NCBI GenBank assembly: GCA_963700985.1
Contig: OY969554.1
Location: forward strand, 480,001-544,000
Direction of reading: 5' to 3'
From: an uncultured Chlamydiales bacterium
Lineage (GTDB): Bacteria > Chlamydiota > Chlamydiia > Chlamydiales > Rhabdochlamydiaceae
Length of the DNA stretch: 64,000 bases
Made by a program: the position numbers and the translations under genes
The notes under the pieces: generated by a model
The model's input: the letters and a program-made list of their open reading frames with translations, nothing else
Databases searched by the model: none
Told to the model about the DNA's origin: nothing
In this document: positions 20,318 through 30,998 of the stretch, in pieces
How the letters are laid out: each line of letters begins with the position of its first letter
Position numbering within the stretch: the first letter of the stretch is position 1

Positions 20318-21963
20318 TGGCGCTAAGTGTTGTAACCGGTAGCGCTTTTGTAATTACATCATTGCTGCAAGTTTTACCGACGGCAGTCGTAGCGACGTGT
20401 GCGGAAAATTTCTTGGGGATTTGCGACGACAATGACGATGTATTCTTGTCTGTTGCAGAGTCAGCTCAGAAAGCTGCATTTTCAACATTTGCAAGTTTTA
20501 GAGCTTTTGGCGCACGGCAAGCATCCAGAATCTCCGCTCTTTTTTCTAGACAGGTTCCAGAAGAAGAGATCTCGACCTCTGATGTTTCAGTAGCTAAACC
20601 TGAAGTGAAAATCATGTGTCATATTACCTATGGTTTTGGAGACATTAAAGGGTGTATAGACATAGGAAATTTTTTCAATAGAAGCATACCTGAGGTCAAC
20701 GCTCGGCTTGTATTCGATGAGGAATCCCGAGAGAAGGTCTTCTCGTTTGATCCAGTAATCGCCAGATCTGCTGAATATTACCGATCTTATGGGGAATTTT
20801 GCGCAAAGTCGCATGCACGCTTGTTTGTCGACTATCCCATAAATGCGATGAAAGAAGTGGAGGGAAAGGATAGCTTTATGGCTATTGCTGAAGACGAACG
20901 TCCACACTTAGGATTAATGGAATATGGCTTGGAACAAACACAAGCAGTAGTTTTTCGGATGTATTTGCAACAAATGGAAAACAGACAAGTGCAAATTTTC
21001 TCTCTCGGTGGGGGTGAAAATGAGCTTGGCTTCATGTTTAATGAAGAACTCTATCTTGCATCGCAAATTGCGGGATCTCAAAGCATGAGTTATCGTTTAA
21101 GTCTGCTAGAAAGACTGCCTGTGCATATTTCAGAAGCAATTTTAGGGCAGCCCTATTCAGCTCAAGCTGTTGACGCATTTATCCAGAGAAATGAGCTCTT
21201 ATATTCAGGCTATTCCTCTGATTCCTATGCAAAAGACGCAATGGTGGAAGTTTTTGTTGATTTTACAGAGACCATTAGACCAAAAGCAGATCTGACATTC
21301 GTCTTGTTGGGAGTAAAAATCACTGCTTTGACTGATCGTTTCCTCACTATTGCAGCAGAGCATCAACTCTTGTTTCAACGATTGAAAGCTCTAGGAGTAA
21401 AACAGATAAAGCTTCTCACTCAGAGCCCAGGAGATGCTACAAAATTTGAAACTCGAACAATTAGATTCGAAGGCGCGCCAGTTAGAAACGTCGCAAACAG
21501 GGTGTGCATCGTTTCAATAGATAGGCTTCCGCATAGGCATATGCTCACGCTTTTCCAAGCTAGCGAGCGTTCAAAAGTTACAACGGGCGATCACTCTCCT
21601 ATCGAAGTTTTTTCAATGGGAGGGATTCCTCTTCTGGAACTTTTTGAGTTCAAACGCGATCATGCTAGAAGTTTAATCAGAATCGCTAATGGGGTAGATG
21701 ATCAGCTTGGCAAAATCGCAGAGCGGCTGTTTTATAATTTTCAAGCTGTAAATATCACGCGCTATCCTAAAACAGGTGAATTTGGCTATAACCGAAATAC
21801 TATTGTACAAGCCAGTTTTGCTCTCGAGAGATTACATGGCATGATGGACGTCTGGGATCGATTCATTCAAGAGCTGAGGGCGCACTCTTGCTGGCCACCA
21901 CTTGAGCGCATTGTCCGAGAAAGACTTGCCCTCTTGATAAAATTTCAAATGGAGAGAGTATGA
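20317..21963 (+). CDS. Hypothetical protein, possible GT-B glycosyltransferase fold
   Basis: YGFGDI near the N-terminus and TTGDHSPIE in the C-terminal half; TAATG coupling to the upstream gene. Confidence 0.5.
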   Translation: MALSVVTGSAFVITSLLQVLPTAVVATCAENFLGICDDNDDVFLSVAESAQKAAFSTFASFRAFGARQASRISALFSRQVPEEEISTSDVSVAKPEVKIMCHITYGFGDIKGCIDIGNFFNRSIPEVNARLVFDEESREKVFSFDPVIARSAEYYRSYGEFCAKSHARLFVDYPINAMKEVEGKDSFMAIAEDERPHLGLMEYGLEQTQAVVFRMYLQQMENRQVQIFSLGGGENELGFMFNEELYLASQIAGSQSMSYRLSLLERLPVHISEAILGQPYSAQAVDAFIQRNELLYSGYSSDSYAKDAMVEVFVDFTETIRPKADLTFVLLGVKITALTDRFLTIAAEHQLLFQRLKALGVKQIKLLTQSPGDATKFETRTIRFEGAPVRNVANRVCIVSIDRLPHRHMLTLFQASERSKVTTGDHSPIEVFSMGGIPLLELFEFKRDHARSLIRIANGVDDQLGKIAERLFYNFQAVNITRYPKTGEFGYNRNTIVQASFALERLHGMMDVWDRFIQELRAHSCWPPLERIVRERLALLIKFQMERV

Positions 21964-22697
21964 ACTTAGGGTTGCAGAAGAAGAGAGTGCTCGTGCAAGG
22001 TTCATCGAGCGGATTGGGATTTGCCATTGCAAAGGCATTTGCAGCCGAAGGTGCAAGCGTGGCGATCTGCTCACGTGATGCTGAGCGCGTCAATAAAGCC
22101 GCTCAAGAGATTCCTGGCGCGGTCGGTTTTGTGTGCGACCTCGATCTTCAAGGCGCGCCCACACAGCTCGTAAAAGATGTGGTGGCCAAGTTGGGGGGAA
22201 TCGACGTGCTGGTCGTCAACACAGGCGGTCCTCCAAAAGGGTTATTTTCGGATATTTCACTGGAACAGTGGCAACAAGGCTTTCAAAGGCTCTATTTAAG
22301 TGCCATCGAAAGCATGCAAGCTGCTCTTCCATATATGCGCAAGCAGAAATGGGGCAGAATTCTATTAAGCACATCGACGGCAGCTAAACAGCCGATTGCT
22401 AAGCTAACCGTTTCTAATGCGCTTCGTTCAGGTCTTTTAGGGTTAATGAAGACAATCAGCCTAGAAGTAGCTTCTGAGGGCATTACGGTTAATGCGCTCA
22501 TGCCAGGATCAACGCGCACAGCTCGTTTGGCAGAACTGGGCAGGGGAGAGGAGGAGCTACTCAAAGAGATCCCTGCAGGGCGCTTCGGTGAACCCGAAGA
22601 GTACGCTGCGCTGATGGCCTTTCTCGCTTCTAAGCAAGCAGGCTATATCACAGGTCAGGTGATTGCCTGCGATGGCGGTCTAATCAAAGCTCTTTAA
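21960..22697 (+). CDS. Short-chain dehydrogenase/reductase (FabG-like)
   Basis: GSSSGLG, NTGGPP, ITVNALMPG, YITGQ. Confidence 0.9.
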   Translation: MNLGLQKKRVLVQGSSSGLGFAIAKAFAAEGASVAICSRDAERVNKAAQEIPGAVGFVCDLDLQGAPTQLVKDVVAKLGGIDVLVVNTGGPPKGLFSDISLEQWQQGFQRLYLSAIESMQAALPYMRKQKWGRILLSTSTAAKQPIAKLTVSNALRSGLLGLMKTISLEVASEGITVNALMPGSTRTARLAELGRGEEELLKEIPAGRFGEPEEYAALMAFLASKQAGYITGQVIACDGGLIKAL

Positions 22698-22704
22698 ACC
22701 TTTT

Positions 22705-23733
22705 TTAGTAACTCGAGTGGTTGAGCTTCACCTTGCCGCGGAAAACGCGGTAAAGGTAGGAGACGTAGAAGAAAGTCAGGGGGAATCCAGCAAAAGCCAC
22801 AATTGTTAGCACGGTAAGTGCTAGCTTCGAAGCTGAACTGTTAAACAGCGTCAGCGAGTTTTGTGGATCGATGCTCGAATAGACGATGTAAGGAAAAGTG
22901 CCAATCACAAAAAGAGTGAGCAGCAAGCAAATGCAAAGGCATGAGGAGATGAAAGCCCAGCCATCATATTTTTTGGCGATGAAGTAGGGGATGGCTCCGA
23001 TAGAAGCAAAGCTCAGCAGCGCAAAGATCCCTAGAGTCGGATGTTCAAGAATTGGGCGCACCATGTGCGAGTTGTACATAAAAGTTGCAGCAGTAGTTGC
23101 AATCCAAAGAGTGATAAAGATAACAATCAAGCGCTTAGCCCAACTTCTGATGCGTTTATGAAACGCGCCTTCGGTTTTCATCAAGAGATATACGCTGCCA
23201 TGCATCATAAATAACGATAGCGCAAAGAGCATCACGATAATAGAATAAGGGGTGATGAGATCGGCAACCTGGCCGATGACATTGCCTTTGGCATCAAGCG
23301 GCATGCCTTGAATAAGATTGCCGATGACCAGGCCGAATGTCACAGCGAGGAGTAGTGAAGCCAGGCTAAAGCAGACATCCCAACTCCGTCTCCATTTGCG
23401 CGAGGGCTGTTTACTGCGAAATTCAACCGCTGCACCGCGCAACATGAATGCAAAAAGCAGAATCATAATCGGTGTGTAAAGCGCAGGCATTAAAATCGAA
23501 AAAACTTTCGGAAAGCCCGCAAATAGCACGCCTCCACCAATCACAATCCACGTGGTGTTTCCATCCCATACGGGGCCAATAGCATTGAGCATGATGCGTC
23601 TTTCTTCATCTGTTTTGGAAAAGAGATGAAGTGAACCTACGCCTAAATCAAAGCCATCTAAGGTGGCATAGGCGATGATCGAGCCGAACAAAACACAGTA
23701 GATGATGAATTGCAGAACTTCGTGACTAAACAT
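22705..23733 (-). CDS. cydB: Cytochrome bd ubiquinol oxidase subunit II
   Basis: LDGFDLGVG, IGPVWDGN, Y..FRGKV. Confidence 0.96.
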   Translation of the reverse strand: MFSHEVLQFIIYCVLFGSIIAYATLDGFDLGVGSLHLFSKTDEERRIMLNAIGPVWDGNTTWIVIGGGVLFAGFPKVFSILMPALYTPIMILLFAFMLRGAAVEFRSKQPSRKWRRSWDVCFSLASLLLAVTFGLVIGNLIQGMPLDAKGNVIGQVADLITPYSIIVMLFALSLFMMHGSVYLLMKTEGAFHKRIRSWAKRLIVIFITLWIATTAATFMYNSHMVRPILEHPTLGIFALLSFASIGAIPYFIAKKYDGWAFISSCLCICLLLTLFVIGTFPYIVYSSIDPQNSLTLFNSSASKLALTVLTIVAFAGFPLTFFYVSYLYRVFRGKVKLNHSSY

Positions 23734-25097
23734 TACCTTTTGTCCTCTTCTTTAAATGGGTCGCGGTAAGGAATCTGCTCATCATCAGAGGGCCCATGCT
23801 GGATCTTCAGATTTAATAAGTATAAAAAGAGGAATAGAAAAAGAAGATAGACGACTACGAACATGGTAAGCGAGCCGATCATCTGGCCCGTAGTAATTGT
23901 AGCAGAGAAAGCATCTTTGGTTTTAAGCAGTTTATAAACTGTCCAAGGTTGACGGCCCATGCAAGCCGTATACCAGCCTGAGATATTAGCGATTTGTGGA
24001 AAGACTACAGAGATAATCAAAAAACGCATCAACCAACTTTTTAACTTCCAACGCTTTTTCCACCACATGTACGCGCCAAGAAGGCAGGCGATAAACATCA
24101 ATCCCCACATCACGATCATAAGATGATACATCTGGAATACAACGGGCACATTTGCCCACTGATCTTTCGGGAATTGATCTAAGCCTGGTACTGGCTTTTC
24201 AAAATTCTTGTACGCCAGAAAACTCAGCAAGCCTGGAACTCCGAATCCATAAACACGCTGATTTTCCATGTCAACCCATCCGAAAAGATAAGCTTTCGTA
24301 TAAGGTTCAGTTTTAAACACACCTTCTAGTGCGGCAAATTTTTCTGGATTATGCTCTGCAACTTTACCTGCGAGATGGTCTGCGGAAACGAGCTGAAAAA
24401 TAGTTGCAAAAAGAGAGACAACGATTCCGACCTTTAAGCCCTTTTTGGCGAAATCGAGATATTTATTTTTGAGAAGATAATAAGCTGAAACACTGACTAC
24501 GAGCAATCCACCTGTCATCCAGCATCCGAGAAGCACGTGTGTGATGTGGCTAAAATTAGAGGGGTTTGCAAACATTTCCCACCAGTTAGTCACTTGTGCA
24601 ACTTGCACGCCATCGGGTTCAGTGGCAATGCGATAACCAGCCGGCGTCTGCATCCAGGAGTTGGCGCTTACAATCCAAATGGCACTAAAATGTGAACCTA
24701 AGGCCACCATGATGAGCGAGAAAAAGTGGACTTTCGGTTTTACGCGATCCCATCCAAATAATAAAATACCCAAAAAACCCGCTTCGACCAGAAAGGCGAA
24801 GAATCCCTCGGCGCCAATTACACTGCCAAATACATCGCCTACAAAACGCGAATAACGCGCCCAGTTTGTGCCTAAGGAAAATTGCAAAGGAATGCCTGTG
24901 CCTACGCCTAATGCAAAGGTGAGAGCGAAGACTTTGAGCCAAAATTTGGTTAGTTTTTCCCAAGCTGGATTTTTAGTTTTGAGATACATGCCCTCCATTA
25001 AAATGAGAGCCATGCCAAGGCCAATGCTCAGAGGGGGATAGATGTAGTGGAAGGTGAGCGTGAATGCAAATTGAATGCGTGAGAGAATTTCAACCAT
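23733..25097 (-). CDS. cydA: Cytochrome bd ubiquinol oxidase subunit I
   Basis: [31 protein letters not shown]. Confidence 0.96.
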   Translation of the reverse strand: MVEILSRIQFAFTLTFHYIYPPLSIGLGMALILMEGMYLKTKNPAWEKLTKFWLKVFALTFALGVGTGIPLQFSLGTNWARYSRFVGDVFGSVIGAEGFFAFLVEAGFLGILLFGWDRVKPKVHFFSLIMVALGSHFSAIWIVSANSWMQTPAGYRIATEPDGVQVAQVTNWWEMFANPSNFSHITHVLLGCWMTGGLLVVSVSAYYLLKNKYLDFAKKGLKVGIVVSLFATIFQLVSADHLAGKVAEHNPEKFAALEGVFKTEPYTKAYLFGWVDMENQRVYGFGVPGLLSFLAYKNFEKPVPGLDQFPKDQWANVPVVFQMYHLMIVMWGLMFIACLLGAYMWWKKRWKLKSWLMRFLIISVVFPQIANISGWYTACMGRQPWTVYKLLKTKDAFSATITTGQMIGSLTMFVVVYLLFLFLFLYLLNLKIQHGPSDDEQIPYRDPFKEEDKR

Positions 25098-25202
25098 GCG
25101 ATCAATCCACCTTTTGAGAATTTAGATTTCACACGATACTGCAAGACAAGTTTTTAATGCTACTTTTCAGAAAAGCAAAAAAGAGAGGAAACTGCCTTTA
25201 TC

Positions 25203-25306
25203 CTAGAAGAAAACAAGATGTGTAGGATCAGGCAGGATATGGAGGATGGAAGAAATATCCTGCGTATTCTGCCGCTTGTGATCCTGCATATCTTGTAAAT
25301 GATTTA
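25203..25306. repeat. Palindromic intergenic element family B, copy 1
   Basis: AGGAT subrepeats followed by ATCCTG subrepeats; near-identical to 37025-37104. Confidence 0.85.
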
Positions 25307-25336
25307 ATAAAAAAGATGGAGTTGATGAAACCTAAC

Positions 25337-26071
25337 TTATTTGATCTCGGAGAGTTTGAGGTATTTGTAGAAGGTGGTGTGCCCATTGTAGAGCGAGATG
25401 ATCAAGCCCTCTTTGCCATTTAACAGACCACGTTTGAAGATGTAGCTTTTTAGAAAGGCCCACCAGCCATGCAGAAGAGCTGAGCCAATACTCGCTTTTT
25501 TGCTATTTCAATGCTGCTCTGCAAATAGCGTAGAGTAGTTTTGCATCTTGGTTAAAAAATCCCCAATTTGCAGATAGGGCGTGTGCAGCATTGGATGCCT
25601 TAGAGTAATTTTCTTTAAGCCCGTCGTAAGCACTTTTTCATGCACCTGGGCTTGATCGAATGCTGTAGTTTTCCGATTGTATAAGCGCACGACAAAATCG
25701 GGATCCCAACCGCCACAACCTCTGATGCGTTTTCCATTAAAAAAATTATGACGGCGTATTTCATAAACTGCAGCGGGGTCGAGCTTAAGGGAAAGGAGTT
25801 CTTCGGCTAACTCTTTTGAAAGTTCCTCATCGCAATCGAGTGAAAGAATCCAGTCGTTTGAAGCGAGATTCGAAGCCAGATTGTGCGTGGGACCAAAACC
25901 GATAAATTCACCGTGGTGAATACGCACATTGGGGAACTGCTGCGCAATCTCAAGCGTCTGATCGGTTGAGCCTGAATCATATAGGAGAACATCAGGGAAA
26001 ATCGAGACCGACTCTAAAGTTTTTTTTAGGGTGGCCGCACCATTCTTAATGAGTATCGTAACGCTGATCAT
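25337..26071 (-). pseudogene. GT2 LPS beta-1,4-glucosyltransferase-like gene (WaaE/KdtX-like) with an in-frame TGA at 25510-25508
   Basis: DSGSTD, LSLDCDE, VHE; after the TGA the frame continues NSKKASIGSALLHGWWAFLKSYIFKRGLLNGKEGLIISLYNGHTTFYKYLKLSEIK*, a typical family C-terminus. Confidence 0.85.
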
Positions 26072-26137
26072 ATGAGTATAAAAAAAGTATAAGCCTTGAT
26101 AAGGTTAAGATTAAACGTTTAAAACCCAAAAAGTTCT

Positions 26138-27175
26138 ATGAAAAACTTCTCTGCTTTCCCAAAAGCCTACACATTTGATGATGTAGCGCTTGTGCCTCAA
26201 TTCAATAACGTCCCATCGCGCACAGAACCTGTGCTCGAGACGTGGATGACTAAAAACCGCAAGATCGATATTCCGCTGATCTGCGCAAACATGGATACGG
26301 CTATTAGCGAAGAGCTTGCACAGCTACTTATTAAAGAGGGGAGTCTGCCGATTTTCCATCGCTTCACCGATTTCGAGACGCAAAAGAAATGGGTGAAAAA
26401 ATTTGGCGAGAACACCTTTATTTCATGTGGCATACAAAAGCTCGATGAAACACGCGCGCTGCTCGATGCCGGTGCTTGTGGCGTTTGCATCGATGTGGCT
26501 CACGGACACTCCGATCGCATGTTTCAATTTATTCAGGAACTCAAACGCACACATCCAGATAAAGAGATCATCGCGGGCAATGTCTGCACAGCCATGGCCT
26601 ATCACGATCTAGTCAATGCCGGTGCCGATGCAGTCAAAGTTGGTGTGGGCCCAGGCGCGGCTTGCACAACGCGCATGGTCACAGGTTTTGGCGTGCCTCA
26701 ATTCAGTGCTATTTATGACTGCGCGCAGATCGCCGAAAAGTTGCGCGTTCCGCTAATTGCTGATGGCGGTATACGCACCAGCCGCGATGTCGTGCTTGCA
26801 CTTGCAGCAGGAGCTAGCACCGTCATGATCGGTAAGCTTTTTGCGCTTACCAATGAGAGCGCCGCTACAAAACGCAAGTCTGATGAATCATCCACAGGCC
26901 TGGAAGCTAAATTCCGTGGCCAGGCAAGTGAAGATTTTCAAAATGACTATTATGGTGGGCTTAAAGACAAAACAGTGGCCGAAGGCATCGATTTCTGGGC
27001 CCCTGTTTCCGGCAGTGCCACACAGCTTCTGCGAGATCTTCTCGGCGGCTTGCGCAGTGGCCTTACTTATGGCGGCGCGCGTAACATTAAAGAACTGCAG
27101 CGCAAAGCGGAGTTTGTCGAAGTCACTTCAACGTACATGCACGAAAGCCGTCCACGACCAACCAGACATTTTTGA
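26138..27175 (+). CDS. IMP dehydrogenase / GMP reductase family enzyme without CBS domains
   Basis: [39 protein letters not shown]. Confidence 0.9.
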   Translation: MKNFSAFPKAYTFDDVALVPQFNNVPSRTEPVLETWMTKNRKIDIPLICANMDTAISEELAQLLIKEGSLPIFHRFTDFETQKKWVKKFGENTFISCGIQKLDETRALLDAGACGVCIDVAHGHSDRMFQFIQELKRTHPDKEIIAGNVCTAMAYHDLVNAGADAVKVGVGPGAACTTRMVTGFGVPQFSAIYDCAQIAEKLRVPLIADGGIRTSRDVVLALAAGASTVMIGKLFALTNESAATKRKSDESSTGLEAKFRGQASEDFQNDYYGGLKDKTVAEGIDFWAPVSGSATQLLRDLLGGLRSGLTYGGARNIKELQRKAEFVEVTSTYMHESRPRPTRHF

Positions 27176-28428
27176 TGTACCAAAGAAAGATCTACGACGC
27201 TGTTCACGGATTTATTCGGTTTAACGATCTAGAACGAGACTTGATCGATTCTGAGCCCTTCCAAAGATTGCACTACTTGCACCAGTTAGGCATAGCTTAT
27301 CTGGTTTATCCGGGCGCCACGCACACACGCTTCGAGCATTCACTCGGCGTAATGGAACTCGCTACGCGCATTTTCGATCGCATCACCTCTAAAAACACAT
27401 TTTCGTGGCAAGCAGAAGACCTTGAATATTGGAGACAGATCATTCGCTTAGCAGCGCTCTGCCACGACTTAGGCCACTTGCCTTTTTCGCATGTAGCCGA
27501 AAAAGCCCTTTTGGGAAAAGCTGGGCATGAGAAGTGGACACTCGACATCATTAGCAGTGACACACTTGCGCCCGTCTTTCAGAAATTAAAACACCTTTAT
27601 CCCGAACGCCCGTGTGTGAATGATGTGATCAAGATGTCCATCGGTGAGGAGAAACTCGCGGTCATCGAGCCGGGCAAATGGTCATTCTGGCCCTGGGAAC
27701 GCGTGCTGTGTCAGGTGATTACTGGCGATTTTTTTGGAGCCGATCGCATCGATTATCTCTTGCGCGATGCCAAGTGCACTGGCGTCTCTTATGGCCTGTT
27801 TGATTATCACCAACTGATCGAGATGCTCTGTATTTTGCCTTCCAAGCAAAAAGATGCTCTCGAACTTGGCATCGAAGAAAATGGCATCCAGTCGTGCGAA
27901 GCACTGCTCTTGGCACGCCACTTCATGCATAAACGCGTTTATCAATACTCTTCGGTGAAAGCCTACTCGTTCCACTTATCCCGCTTTATCCGCGCTCTGG
28001 CAGCTAAAAATGGCCTCTTTCAAGATTTAGAAGGCTATCTCTCACTTACGGAAAATGAGATCCTTGCCAGCCTACGCAGTGCGGTTAAAAATCCCCAGGC
28101 GCCAGGACATCAGGATGCTGTTTGCCTGATGCAGCGCCATAAACGTTTTCGAGCACTTCAAGTGGGAGAGCACGTGAATGAAGCTCTTTTAATGGATGCC
28201 AAGAAAGAATTTGAAATCCCCGATAATTCGATTGCCTGGGATCTTAACCATAAAAAATCTCTTACTACATTAGTTCAAGGATTGACTTTTCCCGTCTTAA
28301 CTGCGCAGCAAACCATCACTTCTGCAGATACTCTTTCTGATATTGCAATCCCTTTAGGATCAGTAAGTTGGGTTTATATTTCTCCCGTCTTCGAAGAAAA
28401 GGTTCGAACGAAATTGGAAAGCATTTAA
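27175..28428 (+). CDS. HD-domain phosphohydrolase (dNTP triphosphohydrolase-like)
   Basis: FQRL..LHQLG, HTRFEHSLG, AALCHDLGH.PFSH, ADRIDYLLRD. Confidence 0.9.
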   Translation: MYQRKIYDAVHGFIRFNDLERDLIDSEPFQRLHYLHQLGIAYLVYPGATHTRFEHSLGVMELATRIFDRITSKNTFSWQAEDLEYWRQIIRLAALCHDLGHLPFSHVAEKALLGKAGHEKWTLDIISSDTLAPVFQKLKHLYPERPCVNDVIKMSIGEEKLAVIEPGKWSFWPWERVLCQVITGDFFGADRIDYLLRDAKCTGVSYGLFDYHQLIEMLCILPSKQKDALELGIEENGIQSCEALLLARHFMHKRVYQYSSVKAYSFHLSRFIRALAAKNGLFQDLEGYLSLTENEILASLRSAVKNPQAPGHQDAVCLMQRHKRFRALQVGEHVNEALLMDAKKEFEIPDNSIAWDLNHKKSLTTLVQGLTFPVLTAQQTITSADTLSDIAIPLGSVSWVYISPVFEEKVRTKLESI

Positions 28429-28520
28429 TCCGCTTCTAATCATCTATGCAAATCTTAGACTTAAATCCAAATTTTTGATAAAATTTTTCTATTGTTAATT
28501 ATCTTTAAGCAAGGAAGTTT

Positions 28521-29159
28521 ATGTCAGGCCCTGCTCCAGTAACGTATGCCAATTTTGTTGATCAGACCAATTTGGGAAACACAGAATTACCTGCATATGT
28601 TTCGAATTCTCTTAATGCACACGAAGATGCTTCTTGTTGCAGCTGCTTTTCATCAGTAGCTTTGATCTTTCAGAGCTTTTTAGCAGCCTGCTCTACGCTC
28701 TTTCGTATGATCGGAGAAGCGCTTGGAATTATCAAATCAACAACTGAGCCCGATCATGCTCCGCCTAAGTCTAGAAACGCAACTGCGCCTGTATTGCCCC
28801 AAACCCCGCTAGAAAAAAACATCTCTACTTTAGAGAAATTCACTAATGATTGGTGTGGTAACGAAGCGGGCAATGATTGGGACTTTGAAAAGGATGGTTG
28901 GGCGATGATTGCGGATTTTAATAAACTAGATAATGAAGCGAAAAAAATTGTGCGCGATTACATGCTCGAGTATTGCCCTGGCATGGTGCGCGCGCAAGAA
29001 GAAGTTCTTGCGAATGCTCAAGGCGTTGAAGTAGATGATAATCACACCTATCAAAATGCTGCCATAGACAGAATCTCGCTGTATGGCTTACCAGACACCT
29101 GTAAAGAGATGCTCAAAAATCATCTCCAATCTCTCAAGTTATTAAGACAAGTTAATTAA
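28521..29159 (+). CDS. Cys-cluster paralog family member 1
   Basis: DASCCSC...FRMIGEALG motif; AAGGAAG RBS. Confidence 0.8.
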   Translation: MSGPAPVTYANFVDQTNLGNTELPAYVSNSLNAHEDASCCSCFSSVALIFQSFLAACSTLFRMIGEALGIIKSTTEPDHAPPKSRNATAPVLPQTPLEKNISTLEKFTNDWCGNEAGNDWDFEKDGWAMIADFNKLDNEAKKIVRDYMLEYCPGMVRAQEEVLANAQGVEVDDNHTYQNAAIDRISLYGLPDTCKEMLKNHLQSLKLLRQVN

Positions 29160-30124
29160 TATAAAAAAACAAACAACAAACAAGGAAGATTTTATGTCAC
29201 ATGTGCAAGGTTTAGGAGCCGCTTCTCGAGGTGGATTTGACGAAACAATAAGAACGAATGCTCAAGACCAAATTCTGCCTCAACCTAATCTGGAATTCCC
29301 AGATCACATTGACGCCAGCGCTGACGCTTCATGCTGCAGCTGTCTTTCGTCGGTTACTGCTTTCTTTCAAAGCTTTTGGGAAGGATGCTGCTCATTATTT
29401 CGCATGATCGGAGAAGCGCTTGGAATTATCAAATCAACAACTGAGCCTGATCATGCTCCGCCTAAGTCTAGAAACGCAACTGCGCCTGTATTGCCCCAAA
29501 CCCCGCTGGAAAAAAACATCTCTACTTTAGAGAAATTCACTAATCATTGGTGTGGTAACGAAGCGGGCAATGATTGGGACTTTGAAAAGGATGGTTGGGC
29601 GATGATTGCGGATTTTAATAAACTAGATAATGAAGCGAAAAAAATTGTGCGCGATCACATGCTCGAGTATTGCCCTGGTCTGGTGCGCGCGCAAGAAGAA
29701 GTTCTTGCGAATGTTCAAGGCGTTGAAGTAGATGATAATCACACCTATCAAAATGCTGCCATAGACAAAATCTCGCTGCTGTATGGCTTACCAGGCACCT
29801 GTAAAGAGATGCTCAAAAATCATCTCCAATCTCTCAAGTTATTAAGACAAGTTAATTAATATAAAAAAACAAACAACAAACAAGGAAGATTTTATGTCAC
29901 ATGTGCAAGGTTTAGGAGCCGCTTCTCGAGGTGGATTTGACGAAACAATAGGAATGAATGCTCAAGATCAAATTCTGCCTCAACCTAATCTGAAATTCCC
30001 AGATCACATTGACGCCAGCACTGACGCTTCATGCTGCAGCTGTCTTTCGTCGGTTACTGCTTTCTTTCAAAGTTTTTGGGAAGGGTGCTGCTCATTATTT
30101 CGCATGATCGGCGAAGCGCTTGGA
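28701..30124 (+). repeat. Recent tandem duplication of about 700 bp
   Basis: TTTCG(T/C)ATGATCGG(A/C)GAAGCGCTTGGA at 28701, 29398, 30098; the two intervening units are near-identical. Confidence 0.95.
29194..29859 (+). CDS. Cys-cluster paralog family member 2 (chimera of members 3 and 1)
   Basis: N-terminus matches the 29894 gene, C-terminus matches the 28521 gene. Confidence 0.85.
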   Translation: MSHVQGLGAASRGGFDETIRTNAQDQILPQPNLEFPDHIDASADASCCSCLSSVTAFFQSFWEGCCSLFRMIGEALGIIKSTTEPDHAPPKSRNATAPVLPQTPLEKNISTLEKFTNHWCGNEAGNDWDFEKDGWAMIADFNKLDNEAKKIVRDHMLEYCPGLVRAQEEVLANVQGVEVDDNHTYQNAAIDKISLLYGLPGTCKEMLKNHLQSLKLLRQVN

Positions 30125-30829
30125 CTCACAACCTCTGCACCTGAGCAGAATCCTGTTTTAGATCAGAAAATTCTAAAGCTCGCAGCTTTTATCAATAAGT
30201 GGGAAAACCCGTATGAGTTTAATCCTTATATAGAAGGAGAACAGATGCTTGTTGATTTTAATCAACTTGATGAAACTATAAAAGTTAGCATAAGAGCAGC
30301 TTATAAAAATCATTATAATGACGGATTTTTTAAGCATCAGGTGAACTGGAAAACTGATGAGCTGGCAAAGCAAGCAGGAGAGGAAGCCGGTGCGAGTAGT
30401 CGGATGAAATATCAAAATGCAGCGATTGATTATTTCATACAGAATAATCCGCTGAGCAATGTAAAAGGGCTTACAGCAACGCTGGGAGATTGTCTCGATG
30501 CTAAAACCAGACCGTTAACAGCTAGAAAAATTGAATTACCAGCTGCGATTAAAGAAGCGAAGCTCAGAAGTGAGATTAGAAAAATAGCAGAATTTATGAG
30601 TAAGTGGTCTCAGCATAACTATTCAATCTTTTGGAATAAGGATACAGATGGAGCTGCACTCCTTGCTGATCTCCATGCATTACCCATGGAAACGCAGCTA
30701 GCTATTTTTGGCATTGAGAGAGATGATGAACTCTCTCTACATCCCTTAGACGACCAGATGCTAACCTTGCTTGAAACACGATTAATTAGGATGCAACAGA
30801 AACTCCTCCATGCTGCTGTTGAGGGTTAG
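29894..30829 (+). CDS. Cys-cluster paralog family member 3
   Basis: SCCSC...GCCSLFRMIGEALG; two copies of an F..KW...G..(M/L)L.D motif. Confidence 0.8.
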   Translation: MSHVQGLGAASRGGFDETIGMNAQDQILPQPNLKFPDHIDASTDASCCSCLSSVTAFFQSFWEGCCSLFRMIGEALGLTTSAPEQNPVLDQKILKLAAFINKWENPYEFNPYIEGEQMLVDFNQLDETIKVSIRAAYKNHYNDGFFKHQVNWKTDELAKQAGEEAGASSRMKYQNAAIDYFIQNNPLSNVKGLTATLGDCLDAKTRPLTARKIELPAAIKEAKLRSEIRKIAEFMSKWSQHNYSIFWNKDTDGAALLADLHALPMETQLAIFGIERDDELSLHPLDDQMLTLLETRLIRMQQKLLHAAVEG

Positions 30830-30855
30830 AAGCAATCCTTAAGTTAACTTTTCTT

Positions 30856-30910
30856 AGCCGCGTTAAGAGGGTGTCTACAAAGTAGACACCCTCTTAACGC
30901 GGCTTTTTTT
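30856..30910 (+). terminator. Long perfect hairpin followed by a T-tract
   Basis: AGCCGCGTTAAGAGGGTGTCTAC-AAA-GTAGACACCCTCTTAACGCGGCT then TTTTTT. Confidence 0.85.
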
Positions 30911-30998
30911 GTTTTCCGAATTAAACAAAAGTTTTTAGGTGATGCATTAACTAATTCTATGGGAGAATATCCCGAATTAATTCTTTAAAGTGTGCAAC

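Noticed and set aside
18566-22697. Prophage or integrative element at tRNA-Met
   Set aside because: No integrase or phage genes, and I saw no distant copy of the tRNA 3' end
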